DNA of 46,024 nt. It comes from Squatina squatina (taxonomy: Eukaryota). The notes under the pieces are model-generated. The model ran no database searches and was not told where the DNA came from. It was given only the letters and a program-made list of their open reading frames with translations. Shown piece after piece: positions 13,073-26,321 of the stretch. The DNA lies in contig JARFOE010000192.1 in assembly GCA_031763465.1 (NCBI GenBank), forward strand, positions 5,119,737 through 5,165,760, in the 5' to 3' direction. Each line of letters opens with the position of its first letter. Within the stretch, counting starts at the first letter, position 1. The position numbers and the translations under genes are program-made.

Positions 13073-14819
13073 NNNNNNNNNNNNNNNNNNNNNNNNNNNN
13101 NNNNNNNNNNNNNNNNNNNNNNNNNNNNNNNNNNNNNNNNNNNNNNNNNNNNNNNNNNNNNNNNNNNNNNNNTGAGTTTTTAGCCTTAAAGGTTTAATGC
13201 CCATTTAGCGCCAGCGTTAAGGGGGGATGAATTTAGCACCCAAAATCAGCATTAAGCCCTTAATGCTGATTTAACCCCAGTTTAACGCTGAAAATAAAGG
13301 ACAAATTGGGCGCCCCAAGATTGAAGGAAAAGCAATAGCCCTATTAAGGACTATATAGAGCAGCTTTCAGCCTGTGCTCACACAACTTCAGGTTCCTGAC
13401 TTCAGGTGGTTAAACCAGTTGCCTAATTAAAACACTGTCAGGGGCTGATTATTAAGGAAATCTCTCTCAATGACATACTCAAGCTGGAGTGAATCAATGG
13501 GATAAATGATCACTTTTACTGCCAGGGGTACAGTTGAACATTTAGAATGTACAAGCAATGACAGAAATAGTTAACAAGGTTCAAGGAGATTTATAGGGAA
13601 ATATATCCAAAGTAAAGGTGTCGAAAGGTTGGAACGAAATAACATAGATAGTCAAAACAACCATTCTTCATACATTTCACAGAATTGAGATTCTGCCTGA
13701 AAGCGCACTAACAAACCGGTTCCTCTCCTTATGCACTCTTCATAGCCTATTCACAGTCAATTCAGACTAGAGAAAGTTCATGGATGTCAAGAGCTCACAA
13801 TTCACAAGAAAAGCACAGGCACATCTGGTACACTAGGCACTGAAATGCCAACTTCCTGTTGACCCATGTTCCTCCTCTCCCACAATCTCCCAGCAAATGC
13901 AATTAAATTGGATGGATCCTTACGTTACTCATGTGAAATGAAAACAGTTGTGATGTGTAAGAGCTCCATTGCTCTTGGTAACGATGTGGAAGTCAGGAGG
14001 TTCCCAGTCTCAAGGGAGGTTATTCGTGCTCGTATTTCATGACTATTCGTCAGTAGTTACAAGCCTCTGAAGCTAAGGGAAATAAAACTGCTGTTTCGTT
14101 ACACAGCTCTGTAACGAAAACAAAATCTTATNNNNNNNNNNNNNNNNNNNNNNNNNNNNNNNNNNNNNNNNNNNNNNNNNNNNNNNNNNNNNNNNNNNNN
14201 NNNNNNNNNNNNNNNNNNNNNNNNNNNNNNNCCAAAGAGCCTGCACAGGCACGACCCCATTCTGTGCTGTATGTTTCTAGGATTCTACGATTCTAATTAA
14301 CAGAAATAGCAAAGGCTGACATCATATGTAAAGTGGACACAGTCATTTCCATGCAAGAATACTTGGCACGCTGGTTACAATTTTATCATCATTAACTATG
14401 TATTCCTGTGGCGCCTTGCTGTCAAATCAACTAGACTATTTTGACTTATCTTGTCAGAGGCTGAATTTTATTAAGGGGAAGTGGGGCAGGCTATCACATT
14501 CCCTAGCTCAGTCCTCATATTATCCTGGATCTGTTACAATACTTACAGAATTCATTGGACCACATACAAAAAAAGATAGATGATTTTGTTTTAAAACACA
14601 CTCAGTTTCTTTGGCCCTTGGGCATTTCATCGGTTTAATGAAAGGCCACCTGCTGACTCTTGTGTTGCTAATGAGACGGAGTATGTCTGCAATAAAACTG
14701 TAACAAAGAAACAATAATAACTAAAGCTCAAAATATCCAATAACTACTAGAACCCCTGTGCTTTGAAGACAAGTGGAACGGATTCCTAGTATGATCTTTA
14801 AGTCATTTTGAATTGTAGA

Positions 14820-15043
14820 CCTTGCCATACCATTCCCCCCCACTGGCGCTCCTCCATTCTGCAGAACGACACTTGCGTGGTTCCATTCCCGCCTATATGA
14901 ATGAAACCAGCAGATCTCAACCATCGCTCCTGTCCTCATTAATCTACACTGGCTCCCTGCACCCCAATGCTTTCTGTTCAAAAGCATTGTCCTCAGTTTC
15001 AAATCTTTCTGCTCCTCCATAGCTCTGTTAGCTCCTCCAGCTA
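14820..15043 (+). mobile_element. L2 LINE C-terminal fragment
   Basis: IAPVLINLHWLPAPQCFLFKSIVLSFKS resembles the L2 LHWLP motif. Confidence 0.6.
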
Positions 15044-15548
15044 NNNNNNNNNNNNNNNNNNNNNNNNNNNNNNNNNNNNNNNNNNNNNNNNNNNNNNNNN
15101 NNNNNNNNNNNNNNNNNNNNNNNNNNNNNNNNNNNNNNNNNNNNNNNNNNNNNNNNNNNNNNNNNNNNNNNNNNNNNNNNNNNNNNNNNNNNNNNNNNNN
15201 NNNNNNNNNNNNNNNNNNNNNNNNNNNNNNNNNNNNNNNNNNNNNNNNNNNNNNNNNNNNNNNNNNNNNNNNNNNNNNNNNNNNNNNNNNNNNNNNNNNN
15301 NNNNNNNNNNNNNNNNNNNNNNNNNNNNNNNNNNNNNNNNNNNNNNNNNNNNNNNNNNNNNNNNNNNNNNNNNNNNNNNNNNNNNNNNNNNNNNNNNNNN
15401 NNNNNNNNNNNNNNNNNNNNNNNNNNNNNNNNNNNNNNNNNNNNNNNNNNNNNNNNNNNNNNNNNNNNNNNNNNNNNNNNNNNNNNNNNNNNNNNNNNNN
15501 NNNNNNNNNNNNNNNNNNNNNNNNNNNNNNNNNNNNNNNNNNNNNNNN

Positions 15549-16100
15549 AAACATTGGTTTGGCCACAGTTAGAGAACTGTGTGCAGAACTGGCACCCATT
15601 ATAGAAAAGACATTAAAATCTTAGGAGCATATAATGTAGATTCATCAGGATGATGATAATTGGGAAAATTATAGCTATAGGGAGTGGCTTGATATTATAG
15701 GACTGTTCCCACTGCAGCAGTGAAGACTAAGAGGAGATTTAGTAGTAGTTTTTAATATTATAAAAGGTTTCAATAAAATAAATAGGGAAAGACTATTTTA
15801 TCTGGTTGGGGAGTCAATGGTAGGGGTTTTTCGTTTAAAATTGTCACTAAGAGAGTGTGAAAATAAGTTAGGACAAATTTATTTATGCAGAGAGCTGTTG
15901 GAACTTGGAATGCTTTGCCAGAGGGAGTAGATGATGCAGAGACCATTGCGTCTTTTATGGGACAACTGGATAAACATTTGACGCAGAGGAAGACACTGTT
16001 GTATGGAGAGAGCACAGAGTAGTGAGATTAGTTTTGGATTGCTCTAGAAAAGAGACAGTACAGAAATGGTGAGCCAAATTGTGTCCTTCTGTGCTGTGTA
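15549..16100 (+). mobile_element. Decayed CR1 3' end
   Basis: RLRGDL and WNALP motifs; tail ccttctgtgctg. Confidence 0.7.
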
Positions 16101-16364
16101 AATGGTTCACTCTTGTTTAGCTGGAAATCAGCAAACTTAAGGTAACAGGCAAAGTTAAAAAAGTGTAGAAAGCCTGCATAAAGGCAAAAAATGTAAAATG
16201 AACACACAGAGGGAAGTGTAAGGGACTGAAGATGGTGATGTGAATGATTCTGCCATGTCACCGTNNNNNNNNNNNNNNNNNNNNNNNNNNNNNNNNNNNN
16301 NNNNNNNNNNNNNNNNNNNNNNNNNNNNNNNNNNNNNNNNNNNNNNNNNNNNNNNNNNNNNNNN

Positions 16365-17010
16365 CCCATCACAGCTGATTGAACGTGATCAATGCCTCGA
16401 TGCTGGGGAAGTTGAGGGGACGCTGACATTGGTACGCCTATCCTGCCAGTGGATTTGAAGGATTTTGTGGAGGCAATGTTGGTGATACTTCAGGTGTTTT
16501 GAAGTGTCTATTGTACATTGTCCATGTCTCTGACGCATACAGGAGGGTGGATATCACTGCTTCCTGCAGACCATGAGCTTGTTGCTGGGTTTGAGGTCTT
16601 TATCTTCAAACACTCTTTTCTCCTCAGGCGGCCGAAGGCCGTACTGGCACACTGGAGGCGGTGTTGGGTTTCATCATTGATATCTGTCCTTCCTGAGAGG
16701 AGGCTCCCAAGGTATGGAAAGTGATCAATGTTGTCCAAGGTCTTGCCGTGGATCTTCATAGGAGGGAACTGGGGGGTGCAGTGTTTGGCGGGAGCAGGCT
16801 GGTAAAGGACCTGTGTCTTTTGAATGCTTAGCGTAAGGCCCATTCTCTCGTACGCCTCAGTGAATGAATTGACGATGGTTTGGAGCTCGGTTTCCGAGTG
16901 TGCGCGCACACAAGCATCGCCTGCATACTGCAACTGGATGACAGAGTTTGGGGTGGTCTTGGTTCTGGACTGGAGGCGACGGAGGTTGAACAGTTTTCTG
17001 CTCATCCTGT
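16365..17010 (-). mobile_element. RTE-clade LINE reverse transcriptase fragment
   Basis: LFNLRRLQSRTKT...LQYAGDAC (YADD mutated)...FPYLGSLLS...STAFGRL. Confidence 0.9.
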
Positions 17011-17149
17011 AGATTAGAAGTAAAAGACCANNNNNNNNNNNNNNNNNNNNNNNNNNNNNNNNNNNNNNNNNNNNNNNNNNNNNNNNNNNNNNNNNNNNNN
17101 NNNNNNNNNNNNNNNNNNNNNNNNNNNNNNTCGATGATTCTATGATTAT

Positions 17150-17340
17150 AAGTGATCAAAGAGGAAAAGACCTGTATGATGAAAAAAATTCACACAAACC
17201 TCTGGTCAGACCTGAGCAGTGACATCATGTGTTCTTTACTCAAGATCAACAGCAAGGGGTGTTGTCTAGGATACAGTTACAACAAAAGATTTTTGAGCAA
17301 GGCGAAATCTGCCAAATACTGTATACAGCTGCAACAGACT
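17150..17340 (+). mobile_element. hAT-like transposase C-terminal remnant
   Basis: MMKKIHTNLWSDLSSDIMCSLLKINS...CC...FLSKAKSA resembles hAT dimerisation-domain ends. Confidence 0.4.
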
Positions 17341-17647
17341 GCATGATTGAACGGGCACCCTTATCTCCGTAGCAACAAATCAGAAAAACAATGTAAGAAT
17401 ACTTTTGTGTTATTCGGGTCAAAATTTCTGTTGATGATGTTACCATCTGAATAGTCGCTCATGCTGATAACAGTAAAAGATACCATTGTAAATTATGCCC
17501 ATGGGTCTCCAATTCTACACTTTTTTGTTGACTCTTGATGCCCTTTCCAGGGTTGTCCATATCCCAAGAACAATTTTTAAAAAAAAATTCCACCACCAAA
17601 GACAGATTTAAATGGCAGGGTACTATAGAATCTCTATTGGAGATAAT

Positions 17648-17817
17648 GGGATAGAGTTTGACTGTGCGATAGTGTAAAGCGGGCGATATCAATTCAGTCG
17701 CCCGTTATACATCTCTCCCGATTTTATTTTCTATTGCTGTTAATTGGAAATACTAATGGGGCTGCCAATTCGCTGTTGCTCATTTTTACACTATCACACA
17801 AAGTCAAGATCTACCCC
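17648..17817. mobile_element. MITE with ~30-bp imperfect terminal inverted repeats
   Basis: Left end gggatagagtttgactgtgcgatagtgtaaa; right end reverse complement ggggtagatcttgactttgtgtgatagtgtaaa. Confidence 0.7.
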
Positions 17818-19029
17818 AGGGTTCCAACATCGGCTGGGAACCTGACACCTTTTGGTGAAAATAATTGCAGAATTTTTTGCCTAGATCACACAATTCAAAC
17901 TGGACCCTAAAAGCAATTGAAAGATAGCTGTTTGTGTCTGGCTTTTGGAGTCTGCAATGTTCCTCAGCTCTTCACACCAATAGATTTAAATGTCATCATA
18001 TTACGCACATCTGTGCCTCATGTTCCAGACTTTGGTGGATTAATGCTCCAAGCATTTGATGAATGGTTTAATGGTAGCTTCTCAGACATAAGCTTATCAT
18101 TTTCACTGGTGTGCTCTACTGTATTTTTGATGCTATACCCAAAGTATTTGACTTTTTGACCCTAAATATCAAGCTGCTCCAGCTGCTTTTCATTTGTCTT
18201 TACAGATGGTTTCCTTGTTAAATAAAGTCTGTACGCATTTAAATGGACCTGTGAGATTAACCTCAAAGATAAATTTCTTTTAAAAACAATGTTAATGCGA
18301 CCGCATTTGTAAGTAGTCCACGGGAGCAGCTGGAACCTCTCTCTCCAGTAAGGGACCCAAAAACCCTCCCTCTGCAGAGCCCCCACCCACCCCACCCCCC
18401 AGTCATAAGCATTTACATCAGACTTTTTGACATCTTCGGAAGGGGCGAGGGGTGGGTGGTTAGCACTCCAGATACACCCAAGGCCCCACTAAGCTTTTAA
18501 AATCATGGGTCCTCCCCCTAACCCCGTGAACTTTGACAAGATCAATGGTCGAGGTCAGCATTGGGCACATCTTGGGACATACATTGAGATATGCCATCCT
18601 TTGTTTTTTTTGGGGTTATAAACAACAGTGGTACGAAATTGTTCAGATTTTTCAGACGCACTTCTGCTGCAATTCCATTGAGAGTGCAGTCAAAGGGGTA
18701 TAAAACAGGCCAGACCTAGATATGCCAAGTTACTGCCTTTAACAGGAGCTCTTGCAGTGTCTGGTAAAGAGCCGAGCTTCCAACTGCTTTTATAGGGTTA
18801 CTGACGCAGAACAATGCATAACCAAGGATAAGGTCCCCAGCCTGGTGGGATATCGGTGGGCCAGTACGGTGAGTGGAACCAGGCATGACAGAATGTCCAA
18901 CAGCTAAAGTAAGGATCATGTTGGGGATNNNNNNNNNNNNNNNNNNNNNNNNNNNNNNNNNNNNNNNNNNNNNNNNNNNNNNNNNNNNNNNNNNNNNNNN
19001 NNNNNNNNNNNNNNNNNNNNNNNNNNNNG

Positions 19030-19290
19030 GAGGCACCATCAGCAAGGACTGAAGCAGTTCAAGCTGGCCAAACACCACCTTCTGAAAGTAACTAGGGATG
19101 GACAATGAATGCCGCCTTGCCACGAGAACAAATAATAAAACATTAGCAGTATTAGGTAGAGGAACGGGGGCAGTTCTGTGCTTTGGTAGCACTGGGGAAT
19201 GGCCATGGACTCTGGCAGTACTAGGAGGGTGTCCCAAAATCTGGCAGTACTGCAACAGGGCTGTTCTGAAGCACGGGTCAACCTTTTGAT
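19030..19290 (+). mobile_element. Highly decayed Harbinger transposase N-terminal fragment
   Basis: AVLCFGSTGEWPWTLAVLG / GVSQ resembles the HTH region (ALRFFATG...GVSQS). Confidence 0.3.
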
Positions 19291-20540
19291 GTGGCATAAC
19301 TATGAGGAAAACCTAGCAAGTGGCAGAATGGTCAGAGTGAAATAAATAGCTTGGTTCACTGGTAGTTTTCTTGTATCTTTAACAGCGAGGATAGGAGAGG
19401 ACATTTGATGGGATGGGGGGGCGGCATTACAATTATGGCAGCATTATTTTGTAATTTTCTCAGAAATTTCTTTAAACATTAAATTATTTGTTTTGTGATT
19501 GGTTCCTGGAAGTGCATCTCTGTCTGTGCATGTTCTCTCTCTGTAATTAGAATATATCAGGTGATAATCAGGTAACAATTAGAGCCCTTTTATTTGCTTT
19601 CAAAATTCACCTTTTTGTTGAACCCCAAATCAAATTAGGAAGAGGTAGAGGAAAGAAATACACTTTTAGCCAGGGTCACAGTGGGTGTGCTACAATTAGC
19701 CTCTGTATCCTTGGGTTAATGAAGTGAAAAAGAAAAGCAGGCAGGGTTCCTGCTCTTGTAATTGGTATCCAGCAATCCATGTTGGACAGTGCATGGCGAT
19801 TTGGATGAGGTGCTGGACAGTGGCTAATACCCATGGAAATACACCCCAGAAAGAGGCAGTACCTTCAGAGAGGTGAAGACAAAATCCATTCTCTAAAAGG
19901 CACCGAGCAGCCACTGAACTCCAACTTCAGATTGCATTCTCATTNNNNNNNNNNTCATTTGATTTTCTTTTTTTAGCTGAATGTCATCAGCATTTCACTT
20001 TCAGTGTCAATGTCAATACTGGCATATCAGGATTGCTGACTGAAATCACACAAAGTCCTTTCTGTGTCTGGCACAGTGTGGGAGAGATTAAGCTGTGTGT
20101 GTGGCAGGCAGTTTAGATTCAGACTAAATTATTGAAATAGCATTTTAAAAAGGTACAGATACATATCATATTCCTAATCACTGTTATTTTTGGTAGCAAA
20201 CTAATTCTAAAAACTGTACTTAAATTATTTTTGTTCAAATCTGATTTTCCTCTTGTACTTATAATAAATGAAATCACTGTTAATGAACAGATGTATCAAA
20301 AATAAGGTTAATTTTCCAGTAAATCTGCTTCAGATTTGAGTAGTTAAAATGTTCATGAAAAACAATTGCAAAATAACTATTAAATATTAGTGATCATTTG
20401 TATGCCTTTCCTGATCGTAGCTTCCAGTGTCTCTAAGGAGAATTTTTAGTTTCAAAAGCACAGTGCATTATATGAAATTTTAGTCAATTTTCTGTTCGGG
20501 CTGCTTTCATCTCTTGGAGTGGACAGTACTTAAGATGATT

Positions 20541-20669
20541 TTATATAGTAAGTCTGTGTTCAAATAGGGCAAGAAGCAGTAGGCAAGCCCAACCCAGAAG
20601 CAATCCAATGTTCTGAAAGATGAACATCAACCAGGGCTGTGTTGTTTGTACATGCGCCATCTCAGGAAG
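20541..20669 (-). CDS. SLC39A12: SLC39A12 last coding exon (final TM helix, stop)
   Basis: [42 protein letters not shown]. Acceptor ataacag, phase 0, in frame with the previous exon. Confidence 0.95.
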   Translation of the reverse strand, partial: LPEMAHVQTTQPWLMFIFQNIGLLLGWACLLLLALFEHRLTI

Positions 20670-22429
20670 CTGTTATAAGTGAAACAAAATATAGTTAATT
20701 TCTTAATACCATTTAGTCATGATGCAAAGTCTGTGCTGTGTTGATGCCATGCATTGTCTCTCAGCCTGAAAGACAAAGAGGTGAGCTGCACCCGGCATCT
20801 GGTAGTCTGTATATAGTCTGTAGCCAGTCTCTTCCCTCTCCCCAGACAGCACAAACCTATTTTCCATCATACAAGGGCACAGTGTTTTGACACTTCGTCA
20901 AGCTTTGTAATAACTTTTTAAACAACTCATTCCACCTTAAGTAAAGTCTCTTACATACCACAACTCATTCTAACTTGCCTTATCCATAAACAAAGTTTGG
21001 CCCCAAAATCGCTGGGTTGGGGAGGGCAGAAGTCAGCATTTTCAACTGTGTGGTAGCAAGAATTTGGGGCAGACCCTAGAGCAGCTGCATTTCCAATGGA
21101 ATATTTTGAATTAAATAATATATTTATTATTTATACAATGGCATTAAATAAATACCACAAGGTAGCGGCTCGCAGTAAAAAAAACTACTTCTTAAAGATT
21201 TTCAGAGTTCATTTTGTCTTAATTACAGCATTGTGGTTAGGTTTAGCCTTCATTATTTTGGTGATTGTTAGGAGAAAATACTGTAGTTTCAGATGTTGTT
21301 AGTGGCAACAGTAGACTTACCATAACCAAAGAGTACCATTAGATGGTGCTAATATTGCATTTCCATACCACATCATTGGGAGCTGATAAATAGTCAGTTG
21401 GAGGCAAACAATAAAATTCTTTCTGTTGTTGAAAGAATTGGTATCAACCCGAACTTTTGCCTGGATTTAGCCTGCATTTCTTTCACATTTATGTCCATGT
21501 TATAACAGACGCACAATTTACAGGTCACAACAATAATGAAATGTGTGTTAACTGACATTAATAATCACTAATCAATCTTATTAATAAAATACAAATAATT
21601 TCCTCCATCCCAAATTTCTCCTTTGGCGCACAGTACTGACAGTAACCATATGGACTTGCCTGGCATTCTGTAGGGAGGGGTGCACTGCATTTGGTTGCTC
21701 TCAGGACCTGTCACTATGCCCCATCCTGAGAAACTGCCCAAATGAGGGGCAAAACAAGTGGGTATGTGTTTAACTTGAATCATGTTGGAATAATCTGCAG
21801 TGCTAGAAAGGACTTGAGTGAGCACATCACATTTTTAAAAAGCCTCTAAAATTAAATGGAGGGAGAGAGATGGGTACTTCCAACGTATAAGTCAGATTGG
21901 AGCAAAGTTGTGCGAGTGTTTCTTCCTCAAAAGTAATTGTTCTGATAATGTTTGAGATGGAATCAAATAAAAATAAAAAGGGGAAGAAGCAGGAAAAGTA
22001 GATGCCAAATCATAGACCCAAAGTGCAGCCAGAACCATGTCTCACTGCTCTGTAATCCTTGTGTCCCATACCTGCTGAGGAAGCTTCAGGCCTCTCTGCC
22101 TCTGGTCTATGTTGCATCTCCTTGCTCATGTCTCTCTTACNNNNNNNNNNNNNNNNNNNNNNNNNNNNNNNNNNNNNNNNNNNNNNNNNNNNNNNNNNNN
22201 NNNNNNNNNNNNNNNNNNNNNNNNNNNNNNNNNNNNNNNNGAACAAGTTTTTAGTCAGCTCTACTATTCTCTCCTTTCTCAGCTATGAAGTGCCTTGGAA
22301 TTTTGTTTTTAGGATAAAAGCACCGTATTAGTGCAATTTACTACTGTTCCTGTATAGGCTGCTAAAGTACTGTCCAATTCTGGAAGTTTCAATAAAGTTG
22401 TTAATAGATATTAAACACCTCCAACTCAC

Positions 22430-22617
22430 CATTTCTACCAGCGAGAGGTAGAGGAACATCCCTGCTGTCACAGTGAAAATCCATTGTTGAACATTAAGAT
22501 CAGCTGACAGAGAGAGACCAATGTAGAGTCCAATAAAAGCAGTTAGTGCACTAAATAAATTCATCAGCATGGCAAGCTTTACTGATAAACCAGAGTTCAG
22601 AAGTACAGCAAAGTCCC
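22430..22617 (-). CDS. SLC39A12: SLC39A12 penultimate exon (C-terminal TM region)
   Basis: [63 protein letters not shown]. Acceptor atacag, donor ATG|GTGAGT, 188 nt. Confidence 0.95.
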
Positions 22618-23855
22618 CTGTATGAAAAAAATAGGATTATTATTGAAAAATGCATGCAGCGTAGTGTATTTAGTGCACAGAATCATTGGCCTAGAAATTC
22701 TGCTGCTTTGGTGAAACATAAACCTATCAAATCTATTTGGGGTGGGGAGGAAGGGGGAGTTGGAATATGAGTCTTAGAGAGGATGTGTGGAATTTATGTC
22801 ACATTAAAGTTCCACCTTAAATTCTGCAGGCAGTTAGGGAAGGTGTCAGATCTGCACCCTTGCTAAGTTGTAGTCTTGCATAGAGGGATTTCAGGCCAAG
22901 ATGAAGCCATAGGTCCCCGATTTTGTCACTTTCATCCAAGGATCAGCTGATCTAACTTTAGCTGGAGCCATCAGTTGCGGAAGGCTGATGCTGGAATCTT
23001 AAACTTGAATTGCTGTNNNNNNNNNNNNNNNNNNNNNNNNNNNNNNNNNNNNNNNNNNNNNNNNNNNNNNNNNNNNNNNNNNNNNNNNNNNNNNNNNNNN
23101 NNNNNNNNNNNNNNNNGATTTGGGGGGTGGGTGCTGTGTACTGAAAAAGTACTGGAAAGAAAATAAATCCTACTCAGAATCCCTGCTCCATTAAGAACAC
23201 AGGTTGCAATGCCGGCATTTTATAGAAGAGTTGACTTTGTGCGCAGTTTTGCTTCTAACATTACATTAGTTTTCACCACTGCTGTACAAGGGCATCTATA
23301 CAGTTGAGTCTGATTCCAATTTGCTACAATTTTTCTTCAAGTTAAATGTCTATTGCTAAAATATTCTGTAAACTGTATCATGATTTGTACACAATTACAT
23401 ACAACTGCATTTTAGCTTATGTACAAAAATATTATAAATTGGGACCTACATGTTGGCTCTGAATAATATATGTTCTGGCTGGTATATTGTAATGTGTAAC
23501 AGGTTCAGCCATCAATAAATTTGATAGGCTGATGGTATGATTAAGTGCTTTGAAGCTTTGGTTTATAATTACCATTGGTTGCAGATTCCCCCTTATTGGG
23601 AAAATACTAGAAATCCATTCTAAGGGAAAGGGCCCTGTACTCCTCGATCTCTCAGAAATACTCCTTATTTTCAGTGAAAGATGTGTGGGAAAATATTTCA
23701 AATCAATCTGTGGAAGACTGGCAGAGAGCTTAATTGCAAAGAATGTGACAAACTTAGTGCCTGGTTAACCCTGCAGGGCACATAGTATGTCTGTGTATTG
23801 ATTCTGCCATTGAAGAGTTGCCAGTTGCAAAACCATGTTATTCAGTATGACTTAC

Positions 23856-23995
23856 TCTCAGTGTTAGTTGGCAGGACAACAGATTGTGCATAGTCCCGTT
23901 CACTGTGTTGACAAGCTCCACTAAGCAGCTGCTGAATAATTGCTGGGCTGATCTGGTTGAAGTGCTCTTTTGAAATAGCAGAATCACTGCCATTT
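23856..23995 (-). CDS. SLC39A12: SLC39A12 ectodomain exon, 5' part lost in gap
   Basis: NGSDSAISKEHFNQISPAIIQQLLSGAC...PTNTE contains the LIV-1-family PAL-like motif (SPAIIQQ). Donor A|GTAAGT. Confidence 0.88.
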
Positions 23996-25598
23996 NNNNN
24001 NNNNNNNNNNNNNNNNNNNNNNNNNNNNNNNNNNNNNNNNNNNNNNNNNNNNNNNNNNNNNNNNNNNNNNNNNNNNNNNNNNNNNNNNNNNNNNNTGGGA
24101 CTAGTTGGATAACTCTGCCAAAGAAGCATGATGGGCTGAATGGCATTCCTTCTGTGCTGTAAGATTCTATGATAAAGGTTCTAAATTAAAGGAGTGGATA
24201 TAAGTCTGCAGCATAAAGCTGATTGTTATTTCTCAGAAAATCTTGTCCTGTTTAGAGAAGCCTCAAAGAAGATCTGGTGTAGGAAATAGAAATTGCACCC
24301 AGATTCAGAAGAGGTGCTGTCTCAAGGCTGCCAAAATAAGGGATATTATGTATTACTATAGAATAATTTTTACCTCATTGTGTAATCCAAGTTATACCAA
24401 ACCTGATATTATTTGAATATGACACTAGGCCCAAACACCAGAAAATATCTTCCCAAACCCAGCTGATTAAGGAGATGATTCAGGTCTGAATGAAAGAAGA
24501 AAATAGAGAATGCCAATAAGCCATTTAGCCCACCAAAGACCATATACAGTTTGCCTATCAGGAGCTGTACCCAATCCATTCAACCTTCTCAAGCAGGCAG
24601 AATTTGCTAAGAGATAGAAAGGCCTATTTTAGCTTTTGAGCAAGCGACCGGCTGCTGTACACTGATCGGCTGTCCATTCCGGCGGCAAAAAGGCCCTCGC
24701 AGTTTAAATCTGACAGACGAACTACAGGGTGCAAAACAGGTGTCCTTGCGGCCTCAAAATCAGGCCGGTGCGGCCACCAGCAAGATAAGCTGGTGGGGGG
24801 GGGGTGCGCTAATGACTCCCGCAAAATTGCGTGGAAGTTAGCAGAGGCGTAAATGCATTAGCACCACGCCCCACTGGTAGTGCACCGGGTTGCTGCGCCT
24901 CCGACGATGACATCATCACAGTGCGCTGCGACCCCTTTTCGCCACACAGCAGCCCCTTTCTATGCCACGATAGAAATTGGCCAGTACCTCGTAAGGTTGC
25001 CACAGGTCATGAACCGNNNNNNNNNNNNNNNNNNNNNNNNNNNNNNNNNNNNNNNNNNNNNNNNNNNNNNNNNNNNNNNNNNNNNNNNNNNNNNNNNNNN
25101 NNNNNNNNNNNNNNNNCGCCTCCTTGCTGTCGAGGGGAGACATTCAAAATCAGCCTGAGAGTGTTCTTTTTTTTGTAGTCATTCAAGGATAACTCTAGGC
25201 TATGTATTAGGTACAGTAATTTAGTGGTTATGGTACTGGACCATTGACCTTAAATTTGAGAGTTCATCGTCCCAACATAGCAATTTATGAAATTGAATTT
25301 AATAATTATGCTAAGTTGTAAGCTAGAAAAATTACCATGAAAGCTACTTATACTACAAAACAAAGCCCTGCTTTAAGCTGGGTATGGCAAGACTTTGTGG
25401 TTTGTGACGACAGAGGTAAAATTGGGAACGGTGGTGATTATTCTATCTCTTCGTTATCAGAGTTATTGTTAGCATTGCGACAGATTCACACAACTTCCAA
25501 TACTGTCAGATTTTTCATCTACATGACAATAATATTCCTTTAACATACAGAGTATTATCACAGCTTATTTTCAGTGCTCCTTTGATTTGTTTATATAC

Positions 25599-25806
25599 CT
25601 GCAGTATTTATCCTACTTGTACTGTTTAGAGATCTGAAAATAAATTCAGTGAAAAAGCCTGGGTTGGGTAAACTTGAGCTTCCAATACAGATTCCTTGTA
25701 GAACGGATGTAATGATTGCACCAGCCAATCGAGGGGCAGTATTTTCATCAGCACCCAGTGGACCCACAATGCCAGCTTCCTCCTCCAGCCAGGCAGCATC
25801 AATACA
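25599..25806 (-). CDS. SLC39A12: SLC39A12 ectodomain exon
   Basis: CIDAAWLEEEAGIVGPLGADENTAPRLAGAIITSVLQGICIGSSSLPNPGFFTEFIFRSLNSTSRINTA resembles ZIP12 (LQGxC, LPxPxxFTExIF). Acceptor tttctag, donor G|GTATAT, 208 nt. Confidence 0.9.
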
Positions 25807-26066
25807 CTAGAAAAAAAAATGTCTTTTTATGCCTTTATAGTTGGAAAAAACTCATAAATGCATTGCAACTTTAAAAAGACACATTTTACCAGTACAGCAA
25901 TTTCCCCCACACCCCCCCAAAAAAAATGTACAGTTTTAAAACCTGAATAAGAACATCTGTAAGCAGNNNNNNNNNNNNNNNNNNNNNNNNNNNNNNNNNN
26001 NNNNNNNNNNNNNNNNNNNNNNNNNNNNNNNNNNNNNNNNNNNNNNNNNNNNNNNNNNNNNNNNNN

Positions 26067-26321
26067 CATACACACTGGAACCCCACATACCCTGGAACAC
26101 CACATACCCCGGAACTCCATATACACTGGAACACCACGCACACTGTAGCATCACATACACTGGAATTCCACATGCACTGGAACAACACAAATACTGGAAC
26201 ACCACATACCATGGAATCCCACATGCACTGGAATTTCACGTACTCTAAAGTACTACATACCTTGGAACATCACATGCACTGGAATGCCACATACACTGGA
26301 ATTTCACATGCACTGGAACTT
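26067..26321 (+). repeat. 17-bp minisatellite, 15 visible copies, consensus CACATACACTGGAAYNY
   Basis: Exact 17-nt period with substitutions; begins at a gap edge. Confidence 0.92.

Larger units (their letters stand above)
20541..25806 (-). other. SLC39A12: Zinc transporter ZIP12 gene span (visible part; other exons presumably in gaps)
   Basis: Four colinear exons with ZIP12-like sequence, lying between MRC1 and CACNB2. Confidence 0.92.

Noticed and set aside
17345-17380. YGDKGARS on the minus strand resembling CACNB2 exon 2A (SYGKGARR)
   Set aside because: The following KNRFKGSDGSTSSD is absent and there are no fitting splice sites; chance similarity.
26067-26321. Regular short repeats resembling a CRISPR array
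   Set aside because: The units are contiguous with no unique spacers, there are no cas genes, and the context is eukaryotic.
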